64,000 nucleotides of DNA from positions 1-64,000 of the forward strand of contig JAQGDQ010000265.1 of assembly GCA_030141605.1 (NCBI GenBank). The letters are read 5' to 3'. This DNA comes from Tubiluchus corallicola. Its lineage: Eukaryota > Animalia > Priapulida. Shown piece after piece: positions 46,207-59,124 of this stretch. The notes beneath the pieces were generated by a model. It saw only the letters and a list, made by a program, of their open reading frames with translations, did not search any database and had not been told where the DNA came from. The first letter of the stretch is position 1; each line of letters begins with the position of its first letter. The position numbers were made by a program, and so were the translations under genes.

Positions 46207-48995
46207 TGCCGCGTTTCTACTGCGTCCGCACTGACACATACCTAGCTTGAAGGACATTCTTTTCCAAAACCATATCATATTACTGTATTACTATTACTTG
46301 TCTTTTTTTGTACCGAGTAAATTAATTTTAGTGTTTCTTTGGGTTAGGTGCAAATTTTTGAAATAGTACTGCCTTGCAGATTTACTATCGGGTCAATACA
46401 AATTAGCTTTATCTAGATGTTTTTCACTATAATAATGGTGGGTCACATTGGGTCTGGGTTACTGAAAAGCTAACTTGTCCTTAAGCTTGTCACTAAGGTG
46501 TCTGAAAGCTAACAAACTGTCTATTAACTATAAAAAGACAAAATACATGCTGATTACGCCTGGCCGCAAAACAGACGCATATGAAAATTTCCAGATTTCA
46601 ATGAATAATCAAATATTAACTAGGTCTAAAGAAATTAAATACCTCGGTATGTTCATTGATGATAACTTAACATGGTCTACACAAACAAAACACATAACCT
46701 ACAAAATTAGCAAAATCAAGGGCATAATTGCGAGGATAAGACACTACGTAAATACAGATGTACTAAAACTAATATACCATGCTTTGGTTTATTCTTATCT
46801 TCACTATGGGATTCTTTCCTGGGGCACTGCATCTTCAAATACTTTAAAACCGATACAAACTCATCAAAACATTATAGTTAAGCTGATGACATTTTCTGGT
46901 AGACGGGAACATGCAACGCCATCCTACATTAAATTGGGCCTCTTAAAACTGAATGATATCTACAAACTCGAGCTTGCAAAATTTGTATACAAATTTAAGA
47001 ATAACTTACTACCAGAATTGTTTCTAAATTACTATACGCCAGCATCCGATATTCACAGTTACAACACTAGGTTTTCTACTAACAGTTCTTTCTTTATCGA
47101 ACGATTTAATACATCTAAGGGTCAAACGTCGTTAAAATATCAGGGATCAGTATTATGGAACTCTCTACCTGCTCATATAACTTCTTTACCTCTGCATTCG
47201 CTAAAAAAACAGTACGCTAAGGCACTTCTTGAAGCTTACAAATAAATCAGTTTTTTTGTCTGTTAGATGTACATTCTTATGGTAACTTTTGCTTAAAAAC
47301 ATTTTTATGAGGTGCAAACTCACTTTTTCGCTGTTGTATTTTTGTTTTTGTATTTCTGTACGTTTGTGTATTTATTAGATGTATTTATCAGAAACAATTG
47401 TAAGGTATTTTGCTTAGTAGTTCGTAAATTTGTCATGGTTTTTGATTTTTGTCTTTTGCTGTTGTATTTTTGTTTTTTGTATTTCTGCACGTTTATGTAT
47501 TTTTTAATATAGCTGTGTCTACTGTCCTTAGCGTCCTTTTGTTTACTGTCCTTTGAGAAGGGTGGTTGACTCGATAACCTTTGGTTTTTCGCCACCCTTT
47601 CTCCTATGTTTGTTTGTATTTTTGTGTATTTTATTGTCAAATTATTGTATATGGAGGAAAATAAATTACTATTACTATTACTATTATTACTACTGAATTT
47701 GTTACTGTGATGTTTTCGCACTGTGCAGTATTTAAATCTGTGACCTAACAATACTGACTCCGCGTGTTTCTAATTCTAATTTTTGATTGTTTCCGTTGTC
47801 ATTCTCTTTATTAATATCTATGTTTTATGTTGATGTACCTGGATTTCTATCTAGTAGAAATAACAAAAAACAGTACACCATTATGCGTGTTGCCGAACTA
47901 CTTTATTTACAATGCGTTCTGACGCCTTAATACATAACAGTCCGCACGTTTTACATCCGCAAAAGTTGTTTCCATTGGGACCGCACTCATTCCGTACATA
48001 CGTCATAAATACTCCAAAATTTCAACACGAAGTTCTAGACATGAGACTTTCTAGAAGAAATAAGATTTTTATTTTGCTGTGGTGGTCAAAACACAAGACA
48101 AGTAGGTGATGGATGGTAAAACATCATTTTTGAATAAACCCAATATTTGAATATTTTATTCTTTTTCATTTCTCTTCTCTATTTCTCCTGCTGGCTCAGT
48201 GACCTGGCAGCAGCAAAGCATTGGTCGACTTTAACTCGATAATATTTCACTTGGTGGTAAAGACAAACACATGGCAGTTTCAATGAAATCTTGTGCGAAG
48301 CCTTAAAAAATGTACTGCACCTTTTCTCCTCCTTATTACTATGCCTATATGATTGCAATTTTTACAGCATTTTCTAACGGAATTTAAAAAGCCCTAGTTG
48401 TGTTCACTTCAGATAAAAAGTGGCCTTTATTATAAAGCTAGCAATGTTTTCAAGCTTACAATTTTCTTTGCTATAACAGCTCAAATATGCAATGGAATTT
48501 TTGGGACAAAGTCGAAATACTGTGGCAATGGCAATAGCATGTCATAGTACAGATTACAAATTTAAAAAAGAATGCATCCAATAGAATCACAGAACCAGGC
48601 CTAAATTTACAGAAATGTTAAGTTAACAACAAACACTAAATATACATATATTTTACCTTCAGTATTAGCTTCAAAGACTACTTCGACACATAGTTATCTT
48701 GTAAAGTCTCAGTGACTATTTTCGGACTTCTTTTGTCATATAAAGCTGGTTTAATTTGTATAGTCTGTATTATTTGTTCGTTTCCGTTACGAAAATGAAC
48801 TTGTCTGTTCATACAAAAAAGGTTTGACTATTAAAGTGCAGATCTGTACGCATGCAAGGTTTTCCGTGCGGACGCAGTGAAAACGACAAACACGGACAAC
48901 AATGATTTGCAATGGCACATTGTTGCTTCAGTTTCTTTCTGTGTGAGTTGTTTAGAAAAAATCCGTGTCTGTATAGGCGCAGTGTAAACGTGGGC
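46207..48995. mobile_element. Possible old non-autonomous Harbinger-like element (or two relic ends) enclosing the LINE fragment
   Basis: Left end taa|tgccgcgtttctactgcgtccgcac; right end cgcagtgtaaacgtgggc|tta (13/18 inverted match); plus an exact 13-bp inverted copy gtgcggacgcagt at 48866-48878. Flanks are TAA/TTA and not identical. Confidence 0.35.
46499..47695 (+). mobile_element. 5'-truncated CR1/L2-group non-LTR retrotransposon (ORF2 C-terminus, 3'UTR, simple-repeat tail)
   Basis: Uninterrupted frame LKANKLSINYKKTKYM...IKYLGMFIDDNLTW..H...KISK..GII.RIRHY...LKLIYHALVYSYLHYGILSWG to stop 47245; T-rich UTR; AATAAA then (TTAC/TTA)n tail at ~47660-47695. Confidence 0.9.
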
Positions 48996-49337
48996 TTAGT
49001 CATGCTTGAAATAGATCTGATTGGGTTTTGTTGTTGCGTCTCGTGATTTTATTCAGCCATGCGTAGATGCAGAACAGCTGCTTATAAACCTTTTCCTTAC
49101 TCAGAATTATTTACATGTTGTTTACAACCTCTCTTGCGTCAAAAAGAATGTCAACTGATACTTTCTATCCCTAGAAAATTAGTTATAAGAATTCTACATT
49201 ATCTGCAACTTTACTCGTATATCATATTTTCACTTTTTAAGCGTGGCTTCTTACCTTGAGTGGCTGGTGGCATCAGTGGGGCAATTTGTATAAAAAGTAT
49301 TTTATTTTGCAGATTTTTCTTTTGCAAAGCCTCAAAT

Positions 49338-49642
49338 ATGGCTGAGGCAGTTGAGCCGTATTCTCTTCAGCCAGGAATGCCTGATTCATTTGACTTTCAG
49401 GCAAATGTTTCTGGTCACAAAAACAGAAACCCTTTGGCTAGAGCAGTTGAAGCTGCAATTACTCAGGAGGTGCAACTGTCTGCTGTAGATGATCTTACAG
49501 CTTCCCTAGCGACATCAGTCCAGGTGACTAAAAGCATGAATTCCACAGCAGCTCCACATCCAAGATTTGCCCAGTATAAAGTGAAGCTTGGCAAGTACAC
49601 ACAAGAAGAGAGACGTAGACGGCTGCTAGAAATTCAAAAGAA
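49338..49642 (+). CDS. SNUPN: SNUPN coding exon 1 (acceptor at 49312 implies an upstream UTR exon)
   Basis: MAEAVEP...NSTAAPHPRFAQYK...RRRRLLEIQK AA|gtatat. Confidence 0.9.
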
Positions 49643-52600
49643 GTATATTTCCTCATTGTATTTTTATTCAATTAGATGTAAATCATTTGTAAACAATGGT
49701 GCATTGTAAAAATGGCTCAGGTTAGGCTGTCGCCAGTAATAATGGCACAGTAAATAAACAAACATGTACAGCATAGAAAAAAGAGCACATATGGAAAAAT
49801 CCAAAAGTTCCTGAGCATGTGACTGAAGTTATGATGGCAAGTGACTGAAGTTAAAACAAATTTGCAATTTACCAAGTAAAGTAGAACAAGAATTTATTTT
49901 TACACATTAGTCAAATTACAAACACATTAGCGTAGAAAGAGCCAGTGTTTTCATAATGGTCCATGCGTTTCTAAACTTAGAAAGCACGGTGTTATTAAAA
50001 AATCCTAATAGCAAAATTATTAGGTTAATAAGACTTGATTAATAGAATTAGTATGCAGTTTCCAACATTGTATGACTTTACATGTGAAGTTATTGAAATT
50101 AAAAAACTTTAAATTGAATTTTTTACATTCCTTAAAGAAAAAGATTAGATTACACAAATCACATGCGAAGACTAATGGAGAATGACTGGAGCAACATGAG
50201 TGAAGATGAAGATGAAGAAAAATCAGAATCTCCAACAAAAGAGGTCCTTATTAAATTCTAATCTCTGCATTTACACTATTTTGACCTGAACAATCTAAAT
50301 ATTACCATTTTTGTTGCAACTATAAATATTCGCACTATTATACAAATTATTTTCCAAAATTAGAGGAATTTGATTTGGGAACTTGTTGCTTTTTTAGCTA
50401 GTAAGTGTAAATCATCTGTCCAAATGAATGAGTTTACAATGTTTTGCACTTTGTTGTTACTTGTTTGTTTAAACTGAACATTGTGCTTGATGTCATAGAT
50501 CATTTGTGACCGTATTTTGTGAAAGGTTCTTCCTTTCCATTCTTCACTTCCTTGAATTGTTCTACATTTTACATGTGTACCACATTCTGTTTCCTTTTCA
50601 CAGAAAGAAGTTGAAACTAAGCAGCAAGTACAAATGGAGGGAATCATGCAGTTTCAAAAGTCACCTCTTTCTCAAGATTCTACCAAGCAGAAGCAAAAAC
50701 CAATAAGGTTTGAACGACCAACACCTCCCAGAAAGAGAACCGAGTCTGAAGAAGCTATGGAAGTTGACCGACCGGCAAGACCAGGTCGCTACTACAAGGA
50801 TCAGTTAATGTACTCAGAGTGGTTAGTTGATATTCCAGATGACTTTGCAGCTGAGTGGCTGGCTGTTCCGTGTCCAATTGGAAAAAGGGTGTTGGTTATT
50901 GCTGCCAAGGTAAGGTTGCTACTTCATGTTTGCCTAATCCTAGGTGATGTTCCCTTTCATTAGATATTACTGGTAACTGGTTTGCTCATTAACATTACTC
51001 ATTAACACTCCAAATGAACTGCAGTGGCACATTTCTGTTATTTTGCACAAGAATGCAGATCAAGGTAAAATTGATATGTCTGATCAGAATCACTTTTTTC
51101 TGTCTCCCTTTTGGTAAGTGAATAACTTGTTTGATCCTGTCCAAGTCCTTTTACTATTTTACTAATGGGTGAAGGGCAAGCCCAACATTGCATTTAAATT
51201 TCAGAAATAGAAATCTTGCATTTCTACATTTTAAAAAACTTAGTTTGTTAAAGTTGATTACCTCAATTGTTTTGCGAGAGTTTATACAAGTAGTCTAATT
51301 GCCATGTAATATGCATTTCAGGGAGAAACTGCTTCGTATTCAAAAGCTGGATACTGTTTCAATCGATTCCCATCCTGTCTGCCAAGTGGAAGCTTGCATA
51401 CCCTTAAAAAACAAACAGGTAAGTTCGTTTGGTAATTGAAAAATAATAGAGTGCATAGAACTGGATTTTATAAGTTTTAAAAAATTTTCAACGATTATTC
51501 AAGGATCACTTGAGTTTTTGTGATTACAGCTTTATGTTTGTTGGTCAAGCACGGCACCCATTTGAATAGTGCAATACATCACCATATGCTTTAGTAGCAA
51601 TTCTCTAAGTTATTGCAAAGAACAAAAAGAACACTGTATATACAGTGTGCTATATAATCTTTTGCTAGGGAGCACAGGAACAAAGAGTTATAGTACAGAA
51701 CAATTTATTGCATAGAAGTACTGCCCAAACAATAACAAATCTGAAGGCCTTGTACGTCTTGCAAAACCTGTTATCTTGAGATGTATGATTGAAGCAGTGA
51801 CTTGAAAACTTAGGTTAACTTTTTTATTGAACTGAGTGGCCTGGAAATTCATTCACCTCCAACCAAACGCAGTAGAGTTATTTTGAATGACAGAGTTAAG
51901 ATGATAAAAACATGCCATTGGTCTGTATTCACTTGTGAGACATCTACAAGACGTGTTGGAGGATCTTGAGCTCTTCTGCTCACTGATCCAATCAGCCAAG
52001 CAGATTTTTAGGTATTAGTGACAAATGTTCACTATTAAGCCACAGAAGCTATTTCTCTATTAGAATTGAGTTTTAAACGATTTTCTAAAAAAACTAAAGT
52101 TCCTGAACTGCCTTAAATAGAAAAGGAAGGTAGCATGTAAAAATTATTCTTAGCAAAAGGTAAAAGCTTTCCACTTGGAAAATTATTTGAAGTGAATGAT
52201 CAAAATAAATTTTTTGAAGCTCTCCTTCAAAATCATGTGTATGGTTTAACTGCATCAGAGTGTCTGACATCGCTTGAATATTTTTATACGCTTAAATGAT
52301 AGCGACAACATTTTTTATTGTTTTTTGTGTTTTAAAGTTGTTGTGAAGCCTAGATCATACTTTTCAAATAGGGGTGCCTGCATCTTCATTGTGACCAAGT
52401 TTCAAATTTGATCCAGCACGAAATTTTACTTCAATCTTGGTTCATCATTTTTATTTCATACAATGGAACAAGTGAAGGTACAATCACAGATTGTTTATCA
52501 AGTCATATGTTATACAAATAACTGTTTTACCAATATCAGTCACAACTAACAAATGTTAACATGTCATCTATTTATTCTATTACACATTGTTCAAATGAGT

Positions 52601-55600
52601 GCTGTGTTTACTGCTTTTTCTTGCAGTTTGTACATGTTTTTTCGAATTCTGGTCTAGTGCAATGCCAATTTACAGGTATCTTATTTTATCCAAGCAAAAT
52701 TATATTTTGTTAACATTATGCCAGGCTTTATGCTTAACTCTAATAAACATCAAAGTTATAATTCTATCTTATGTGAAAGTTAAATGATTTAATGATTCAG
52801 TTGCTTTTCCTTTTTGAAAATTTATGAAATTGTCAAATTAGGAATACATGAGAGAAAATGTGTTATAACTAGTGACGAATTAGCTTTAACAGTTTAAGTT
52901 TTGTGCCATTGTTGTTTCAGATTGTACACTTCTAGATGCAATATATTGTGAAGCAGCCCGTACTTACTACTGCCTAGATGTGTTGAGTTGGACTAGCCTG
53001 CCAGTTGTAGACAGTGAAGTATGCTGAATTTTTTTTAATAGCTGAGTTTCCTGCCACATCTATTGCATTTGTCATTTCTTTAGTGGTATCCTGGTGTTAC
53101 AACATTGGCGGAAATGTTATCTTTGTGCTTTATTATTGCTAGTATTGCTTGATCTATACAAATAAAAATCAGTGCCTTAAGGAATTTCATAGAGCAAGAA
53201 CATTGAACAAGTTTTTTGTTTGCAAATTCTACAAAAAATGTTAAAATGAAGTTTGCTTGAATACTGCAACATGTTTGGAGGGCATTGAGCTCTACTAGAA
53301 CTGCTAACTGTACAAATGTCGTTGTCCTCATAAGTTGGCCTATTATAGCGATGCAGTAATTCAGGGTATGTCACTCAGAAGTTCTAGAGTGTTTCCTGTC
53401 AAGAAAAGTTCACCTATCATTATTACTAGTTTTTTGTAACTGATTTGATTGTAGAACGTTTTGATCTTTATCCTTAAAATGCACGACTGTATTAATTGTT
53501 AAATGATTAAAAATATGGTTTTCAAGCACACGGGTATATATTCTAGGAATAAATGGCGATTTATTAAATTAATTGTGGCACTATTTAGCGCGTATTATGT
53601 GCAATGTGAATTATTGTATTAGAAGTTCTTCTGTTATTTGTATCAAATCTTAAAAACTTTTTTTTGCAGACTGATTTTCGCTTTTTCTGGCTACGTAGCA
53701 GACTTGATGAGACTCCACATGTAGCTAAACAAACTAGGGGCAACCCAGTAAGCTTTTGTTATTTATTTTGCTAATGATAATAATTACTTAACGAAGTGAA
53801 ATAAATGGCTAGATATGAGTTTAATTCCTAGTATTAAATATTTGTTTTTGGACTATAAGAAGATAGTTATTTGGATCTAGAGTAGTGCTCCTAGGACTCA
53901 ATTTATTAGTAGAAAATTACCAAAAAAACCCTGGCGATTTGTTCCTATAGTTATTTCTCTTTGCCAGACATTCGCACTGCGCATAATATTTGTCATATTT
54001 TGAAGAAATTTTGAGCAATGGCCTTTTATTGCTCTCTGCTTTAATCTGGTAGTCTGAGACCTGGAGTCTTCTACACTTGCTTGATATTTATTTGGCAGTT
54101 TGCAGTGATGTGTTGCACAAGAGCAAATGTATTATGATGTATATGTTTTTATGGTTTGATTTCGATAATCTACCACATGAAATTCCTTCCAAGGTCTTCC
54201 AGTAATCAACAAAATAACACTGCCAATTCACTGCAATACTTTATTGTGTTGATTTTGTGCAAGTTTGTGACATGGTGTCTTTCTTGTAATAGCTCACCTG
54301 TGTTATGACCTGTAGTAAACTACATGTTCCTTGCGAGCATATGGTATATTAAAATGCCAGGTAAGATCAAAAATATTAGTAGATGGTTTTGCCTCCTTCA
54401 GACAAGTGGATAATCTGTGACATGTTTCATGTCTTGTATGTATCTCCCTTTATCTCCTCTTACATTGTGACACTTTAATTTTGCGTTTCTGTGCTTATTT
54501 TGGATTATAAAAACTGTGTGACCTTTTGTCTTTGTCATCGATAATGATATAAGGTCCATTACATTATGTTCATACTTATTTGGGTGGTGTATTTTAGTCA
54601 AATCGCTTATATATGAGCCATGTTTTTGCATTTGATATAATATGTGATGCATTTAGTGTTTTGCATGCCTTTCTGCTTATATTTTGGATCTTGAACAACC
54701 TTTTGCCTTTGCGCTAACATGACAACCTGGTGTCATTACCGTATTCTAAGTTCCATTTGGTGTATTCTAGTCAAATGGTGTATTTGCACAGGTACTATTT
54801 TTGCATTTTTGCATGCTTTGATCAAAATGCGCAATATTTTTATTTAGGTAACACCACATTCGAGTGCTACATTATTTAGTCAAAACTGACCTAAAAATCT
54901 CAGGGAATGGCTAAAGCTAATACCTTTGTCTTGGTTTGCCCAGCAAAATGCACTTTTACTGGGAATTCTGCCGTGTGTCATCATTATTTTTTTACCAGAA
55001 CTCATTAACAACATTGAAATTAATAAAGCAAGTGAAATTATAAAATAAATTGCCTAGTATGTTGAAGTCATATATGAATTCTTACAGAGTCCATAATTAT
55101 CACAAGTTTAATTTAAATCAAATTAACATTGTTGAAGTTATTTCGACTCCATCACTTTTCTGAAGTTGTTTAATTTTAGTTAGTCAGAGCAACAACATAA
55201 AATTAGTCATTCTGTGGCACTACAGAAAAATAGCCAACCATTCAAAAATAGTTTTTATGTACTGGCATGGTTTATTTTGTGTCCTCTTCATGTGATACTG
55301 CTGTATGCTACGTGTAAGTGTTTTTGACGCGCTTGTAGTGTGTTACTGATGTCTTTGTATCCCGTTATGCCACAGTCCAATTAACAACGAAATACAAAAT
55401 AAACATTTTCTTACTCATTATTTTTTCAACTTTTTATAGGCTCATTTTAATATTTTCTTTTAATTTTTACAGTACAAGTTCATTTCACTGCCATATTATC
55501 CGTGCACATCACAAGGAATAACTGCTCTTCTGACAGATAACGTGTCATTTATGGTACGTATTTTCTATACTTGCTGTACTGTTTGTTAACGAAAACCTTG

Positions 55601-58600
55601 AGTTTGTTTTAAAATCATTGCTAATACAGTCAAATCCTGGTAATGTGATTTTCAAGTGACCAAAACATTTTTTCGTATTGAGGGGGTTTTGTGCTATCCA
55701 TTACACAGGTTTTCACAAACACATATTATGTATTACTACTACTGTAAATAGTTATTAATGGACGTGTAGTCTGTACATTGGTTTTCTTTTGATCAGTGAG
55801 CATAACTTAAGTTTCTTTGAGCTTTATGCTTTTGCGTAAGTACAAACTGCAAAATTATTTCAACATGTTGACAGTGTTTTAGTCTAAAGCAAGCCTGCTA
55901 GCAAGGCGTTAGCAGTGTCAGAGAGTCTGCGGTATATTGCTTTTTGCTGCTGTAGTATACTGATAAATAATGTACAGTCAGCAATATAATATGATCACAA
56001 TGTTAAATGTCCACCCACCCAATAAAATGTTACTAGAGCCACTCCTACTGTTTTATTCCAACTGGATACATGTAAGTGAGGCCTAGCTGTTTAGGAATGG
56101 CAAGACAGGCAGTAACAAATACATGTATAGACATTTTAAACTGTAAAGGCGAATTTACCACAGTATGAAAGCATTTTGGAAATCAGCAATTTCACTGCAG
56201 ACAGTTGTTTGTATGCTCATTTCAATGATTAATTTAAATTATCAACATTTGTAACCTGAAAAATCTGTCAAAGTACAAACGTGCTGTAATTAACTCACTC
56301 ATATTTTATTACTTGAAGAAATCAGTAACTTTGCTCTGTTTCGCAGTCTTACAAGCAAAATTAGTAATAAAGCCGCTTAAACTTTCCACCGAATGTTGAA
56401 TATCTGGTTGAATGTTGTTGGCGTGAACTTCTATGAAGTGTTGCAGTCTTTCGACATAAAACTTCGCTTCATGGGTGGTGGGTGCTATATCAGGCTCTGG
56501 ATCATCATCATCATCATCTTCATCCTCGCCAGTAGCTGGTACTTGACAAAACTGAGAATTAATTTCATTTTCAGTAGGTTTATCCACTGTCAGCACATTA
56601 TTGTCTGCTGAAATGAAATCTTCGACTCCTGCATCAAAATTCATGAGATGCTATAGTGCAGTAAAAATATTCCGATCTTCACAGGACATCAGTAACGGCC
56701 GCATAACTCATTTTCGATACTTCATGTTAATAGCTTTAATTATCCCCATATCACACGGCTGTAACAAGGCTATTGTATTTGGTAGAAAAACTGGAAAAAG
56801 AGTAACCCGGTCTTTACTTTTTCTTCCGCCTTTGCGTGGATCACCTTTAAACGTTATGTGTGTGCTTGCAAACCAGTACCGTCCATAAGTCGGCCTAGTT
56901 AAAACTACGTTATGATGCTTCAAAGTAGAATGCACCCAAAATTTGGTATAATGTCAATTTGTTTTTTTTTATAACAAACTCCAAATATATTGAATTTTTA
57001 TATTTCAGCATCAAATTATCAAGAAAATGTTCAAAATGTACTGAAAATCTAATTTTATAACCCCGTATCTACTTTTCTGGTTAGAAACTAGTACTGCAAT
57101 TGTAAAAAAAAACTTGTATTTTCAAACTCCGATAGTAGCTTGTGGAAACAGTCATTTTGCCTCGGGTTTCTCCTGTTGCCAAGCCCAAATCTTTATCATG
57201 AAGAGCCATCTAATGGATTTAAACATAACTTCAATGTGTTTTTGCAAAAACCATTGCAATCAACATTTGTGCAGTTGCTAAGCGTTTTGTAGAAATGCGA
57301 CAAAAAACAAAAGCAATTTTCTCAAAGTTATGTTTTTCTGTGTGTAGCCTGCACCTCAACTTCAATGTGGATTATTTCAGCGTAGAAATAACATAGAGCG
57401 ATGAGCTTGGTATCAAAATGATCCTCAAGAAATGGAGATTCAGGATATGTGAATAACTAGAAAAGCTTAATTGCCAACTTATCTCAACTTCAACATGGAT
57501 TACTTCAGCTTAGAAATAACATTGAGCGATGAGCTTGGTATCAAAATGATCCTCATGAAATGGAGATTCAGGATAATATTATGAAATATCTAGAAAAGCT
57601 TAATTGTCGACTTATGGACAATTTTGCTATGCAGGCACACATATCGCATGGCTCTTAGCATTCAATGAGATGAAGTAGATAAACTTCCTGCCACTGCTTC
57701 ACACAGTCCGGATCAATGTCAGCCGATTCTCTGCACACGCTCTTGAAAACTATGTCATAATGCCCTTTAATTTTGTTGAGCCATCCAGCGCTGGCTTTGA
57801 AATTCTCAATATGCATTTTTCTAGCAAATTATGCCTTTTCCTGTAGAATAAAACCGCTGATTGGAATGTGTTGTGAAAAAGAGTTTCTGAACCAGTCATA
57901 CATAGCCTTCTCCAGACTTTCGTGTTGACCAACCCGCAGACATTTCTTACTGATGATCTTTTAGCATATTTTTCAAGAATTTTTGTTTTGTTTTTCAGTA
58001 TAGTAGCAAGTGTGGATACATTTCAAGACCCAAATGTTTTGCAACAACAATCTTTTTGTCAGCTTTGAGTTTTTGTGCTTCACAAATTATTTGTACTTTC
58101 TGTTCTCAAGAAATTCCTTCTCATTTTATTCCAGGCTTTCAGCTGTTGCCATTGATATTATGTGTGTTGAAAATTTGGGACAATCACTGACTATAAATCA
58201 ACTTAAACCACTTTTAAAGTGCATTACATTATGATGCATAATGGGTTGTAAGAACAATCAACTAAGCTCAGTAAACTGTGGTTAGAGTGGCAACAGGTGA
58301 ATGGTGTCTAGAGTCTGGTGTGCTACAGCAGAAATCGTATTACAAGTGTTTATTTACATTAAAATTATGTTGGCAGGACTTTGGGAAAACAGCGTACAGA
58401 CGGGGGTTTCATAGTAACGAGTTTCGTATTAAGCATAAGTATTAAGCATTACATGGGTTTTATTATAAGCTTGCCCCAGACATGATAAAATCAGGGTACT
58501 ACTGAAAGTTTCGTTATAGGCTGAATCGTATTACCGGGATTTAACTGTAGCAGAGTTTTTGTTAATACACTTAAGGCAAATGTTAAGGCTCAAGTTGTAG

Positions 58601-59124
58601 GATAGTGCATTGGATTGAATTCGTTTGAATATTGTTTCTACACATAGCCAAAAGAAAATTGTTATTTCTAATTTGTTGTAAGAAACACTTGTCATACTAG
58701 CTGAAGGGAGCATTAATTATTAGAAGTCACTTTGTAAAGATGCTTAATGGTATTTCTAATTGAATATGCAAATGTAATTTTAAACTGTGTGTTTTTATTT
58801 TTAATTATGGTATCTTCAGTTTTTATATGTATTACATTTTTCGTCTAGCTTGATGGTCTGCTGTTTTACCACAAAAGGACAAACTACACTTTTGGCACCA
58901 CGCCTCTCGTCGGCTGGCTTAAGCCATTCATGATACAGGAGATGCTGGGCATTCCCGTTCCTGACAAACATCTACAGCTAAGACCAAAGACATACACAAA
59001 CAAAGATGCATTCATAGAAGACTTTAATAAATCTATGGAAAAGAAAATGAGAAAGATTAACCGAAAGACACCTCCAAAAAAGGCGCAAACAGAAGTGCAA
59101 AGAGTAGAGAAAATGATCATGTGA
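49338..59124 (+). CDS. SNUPN: Snurportin-1 (m3G-cap snRNP nuclear import adaptor), 8 coding exons, 448 aa
   Basis: Exons 49338-49642, 50138-50243, 50604-50909, 51322-51418, 52921-53018, 53670-53747, 55473-55553, 58849-59124; phase-compatible, 1347 nt. IBB motif NSTAAPHPRFAQYK...QEERRRRLLEIQKKKRLDY; cap-binding domain QLMYSEWL, CPIGKR, TLLDAIY..YYCLDV, TDFRFFWL, DGLLFYHK..Y..GTTPLVGWLKPFM. Confidence 0.95.
50138..50243 (+). CDS. SNUPN: SNUPN coding exon 2
   Basis: cttaaag| KRLDYTNHMRRLMENDWS...PTKE |gtcctt (weak donor). Confidence 0.82.
50604..50909 (+). CDS. SNUPN: SNUPN coding exon 3
   Basis: ttttcacag| KEVETK...YKDQLMYSEWLVDIP...CPIGKRVLVIAAK |gtaagg. Confidence 0.92.
51322..51418 (+). 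CDS. SNUPN: SNUPN coding exon 4
   Basis: atttcag| GETASYSKAGYCFNRFPSCLPSG...KQT G|gtaagt. Confidence 0.93.
52921..53018 (+). CDS. SNUPN: SNUPN coding exon 5
   Basis: gtttcag| DCTLLDAIYCEAARTYYCLDVLSWTSLPVVDSE |gtatgc. Confidence 0.93.
53670..53747 (+). CDS. SNUPN: SNUPN coding exon 6
   Basis: ttttgcag| TDFRFFWLRSRLDETPHVAKQTRGNP |gtaagc. Confidence 0.93.
54480..54830. repeat. Degenerate ~175-bp tandem duplication in SNUPN intron 6
   Basis: Paired motifs at ~175-bp offset: ccttttgtctttg/ccttttgcctttg, tggtgtattttagtcaaat/tggtgtattctagtcaaat, tttttgcattt/tttttgcattt. Confidence 0.6.
55473..55553 (+). CDS. SNUPN: SNUPN coding exon 7
   Basis: ttttacag| YKFISLPYYPCTSQGITALLTDNVSFM |gtacgt. Confidence 0.9.
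55627..58547 (-). mobile_element. Tigger/pogo-family DNA transposon, defective, in SNUPN intron 7
   Basis: TA|cagtcaaatcctggtaatgtgatt ... aatcgtattaccgggatttaactg|TA (24-bp TIR, 20/24 match). Minus-strand transposase pieces: STLATILKNK, LEKAMYDWF...PISGFILQEKA*..FKASAGW (CENP-B HTH), GGRKSKDRVT fused to LPNTIALLQPCDMGII (DDE core deleted), acidic tail ending KQSKVTDFFK. Confidence 0.9.
57355..57612. repeat. ~128-bp direct tandem duplication within a ~0.7 kb non-coding insert interrupting the Tigger transposase
   Basis: ctcaacttcaa..tggatta.ttcagc.tagaaataacat.gagcgatgagcttggtatcaaaatgatcctca.gaaatggagattcaggat at ~57355 and ~57483. Confidence 0.85.
58849..59124 (+). CDS. SNUPN: SNUPN coding exon 8 (stop)
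   Basis: tcgtctag| LDGLLFYHKRTNYTFGTTPLVGWLKPFMIQEMLG...EKMIM*. Confidence 0.93.
   Translation, partial: LDGLLFYHKRTNYTFGTTPLVGWLKPFMIQEMLGIPVPDKHLQLRPKTYTNKDAFIEDFNKSMEKKMRKINRKTPPKKAQTEVQRVEKMIM

Noticed and set aside
47320-47751. 143-aa K/N-rich minus-strand ORF
   Set aside because: Antisense translation of the T-rich LINE 3'UTR and tail.
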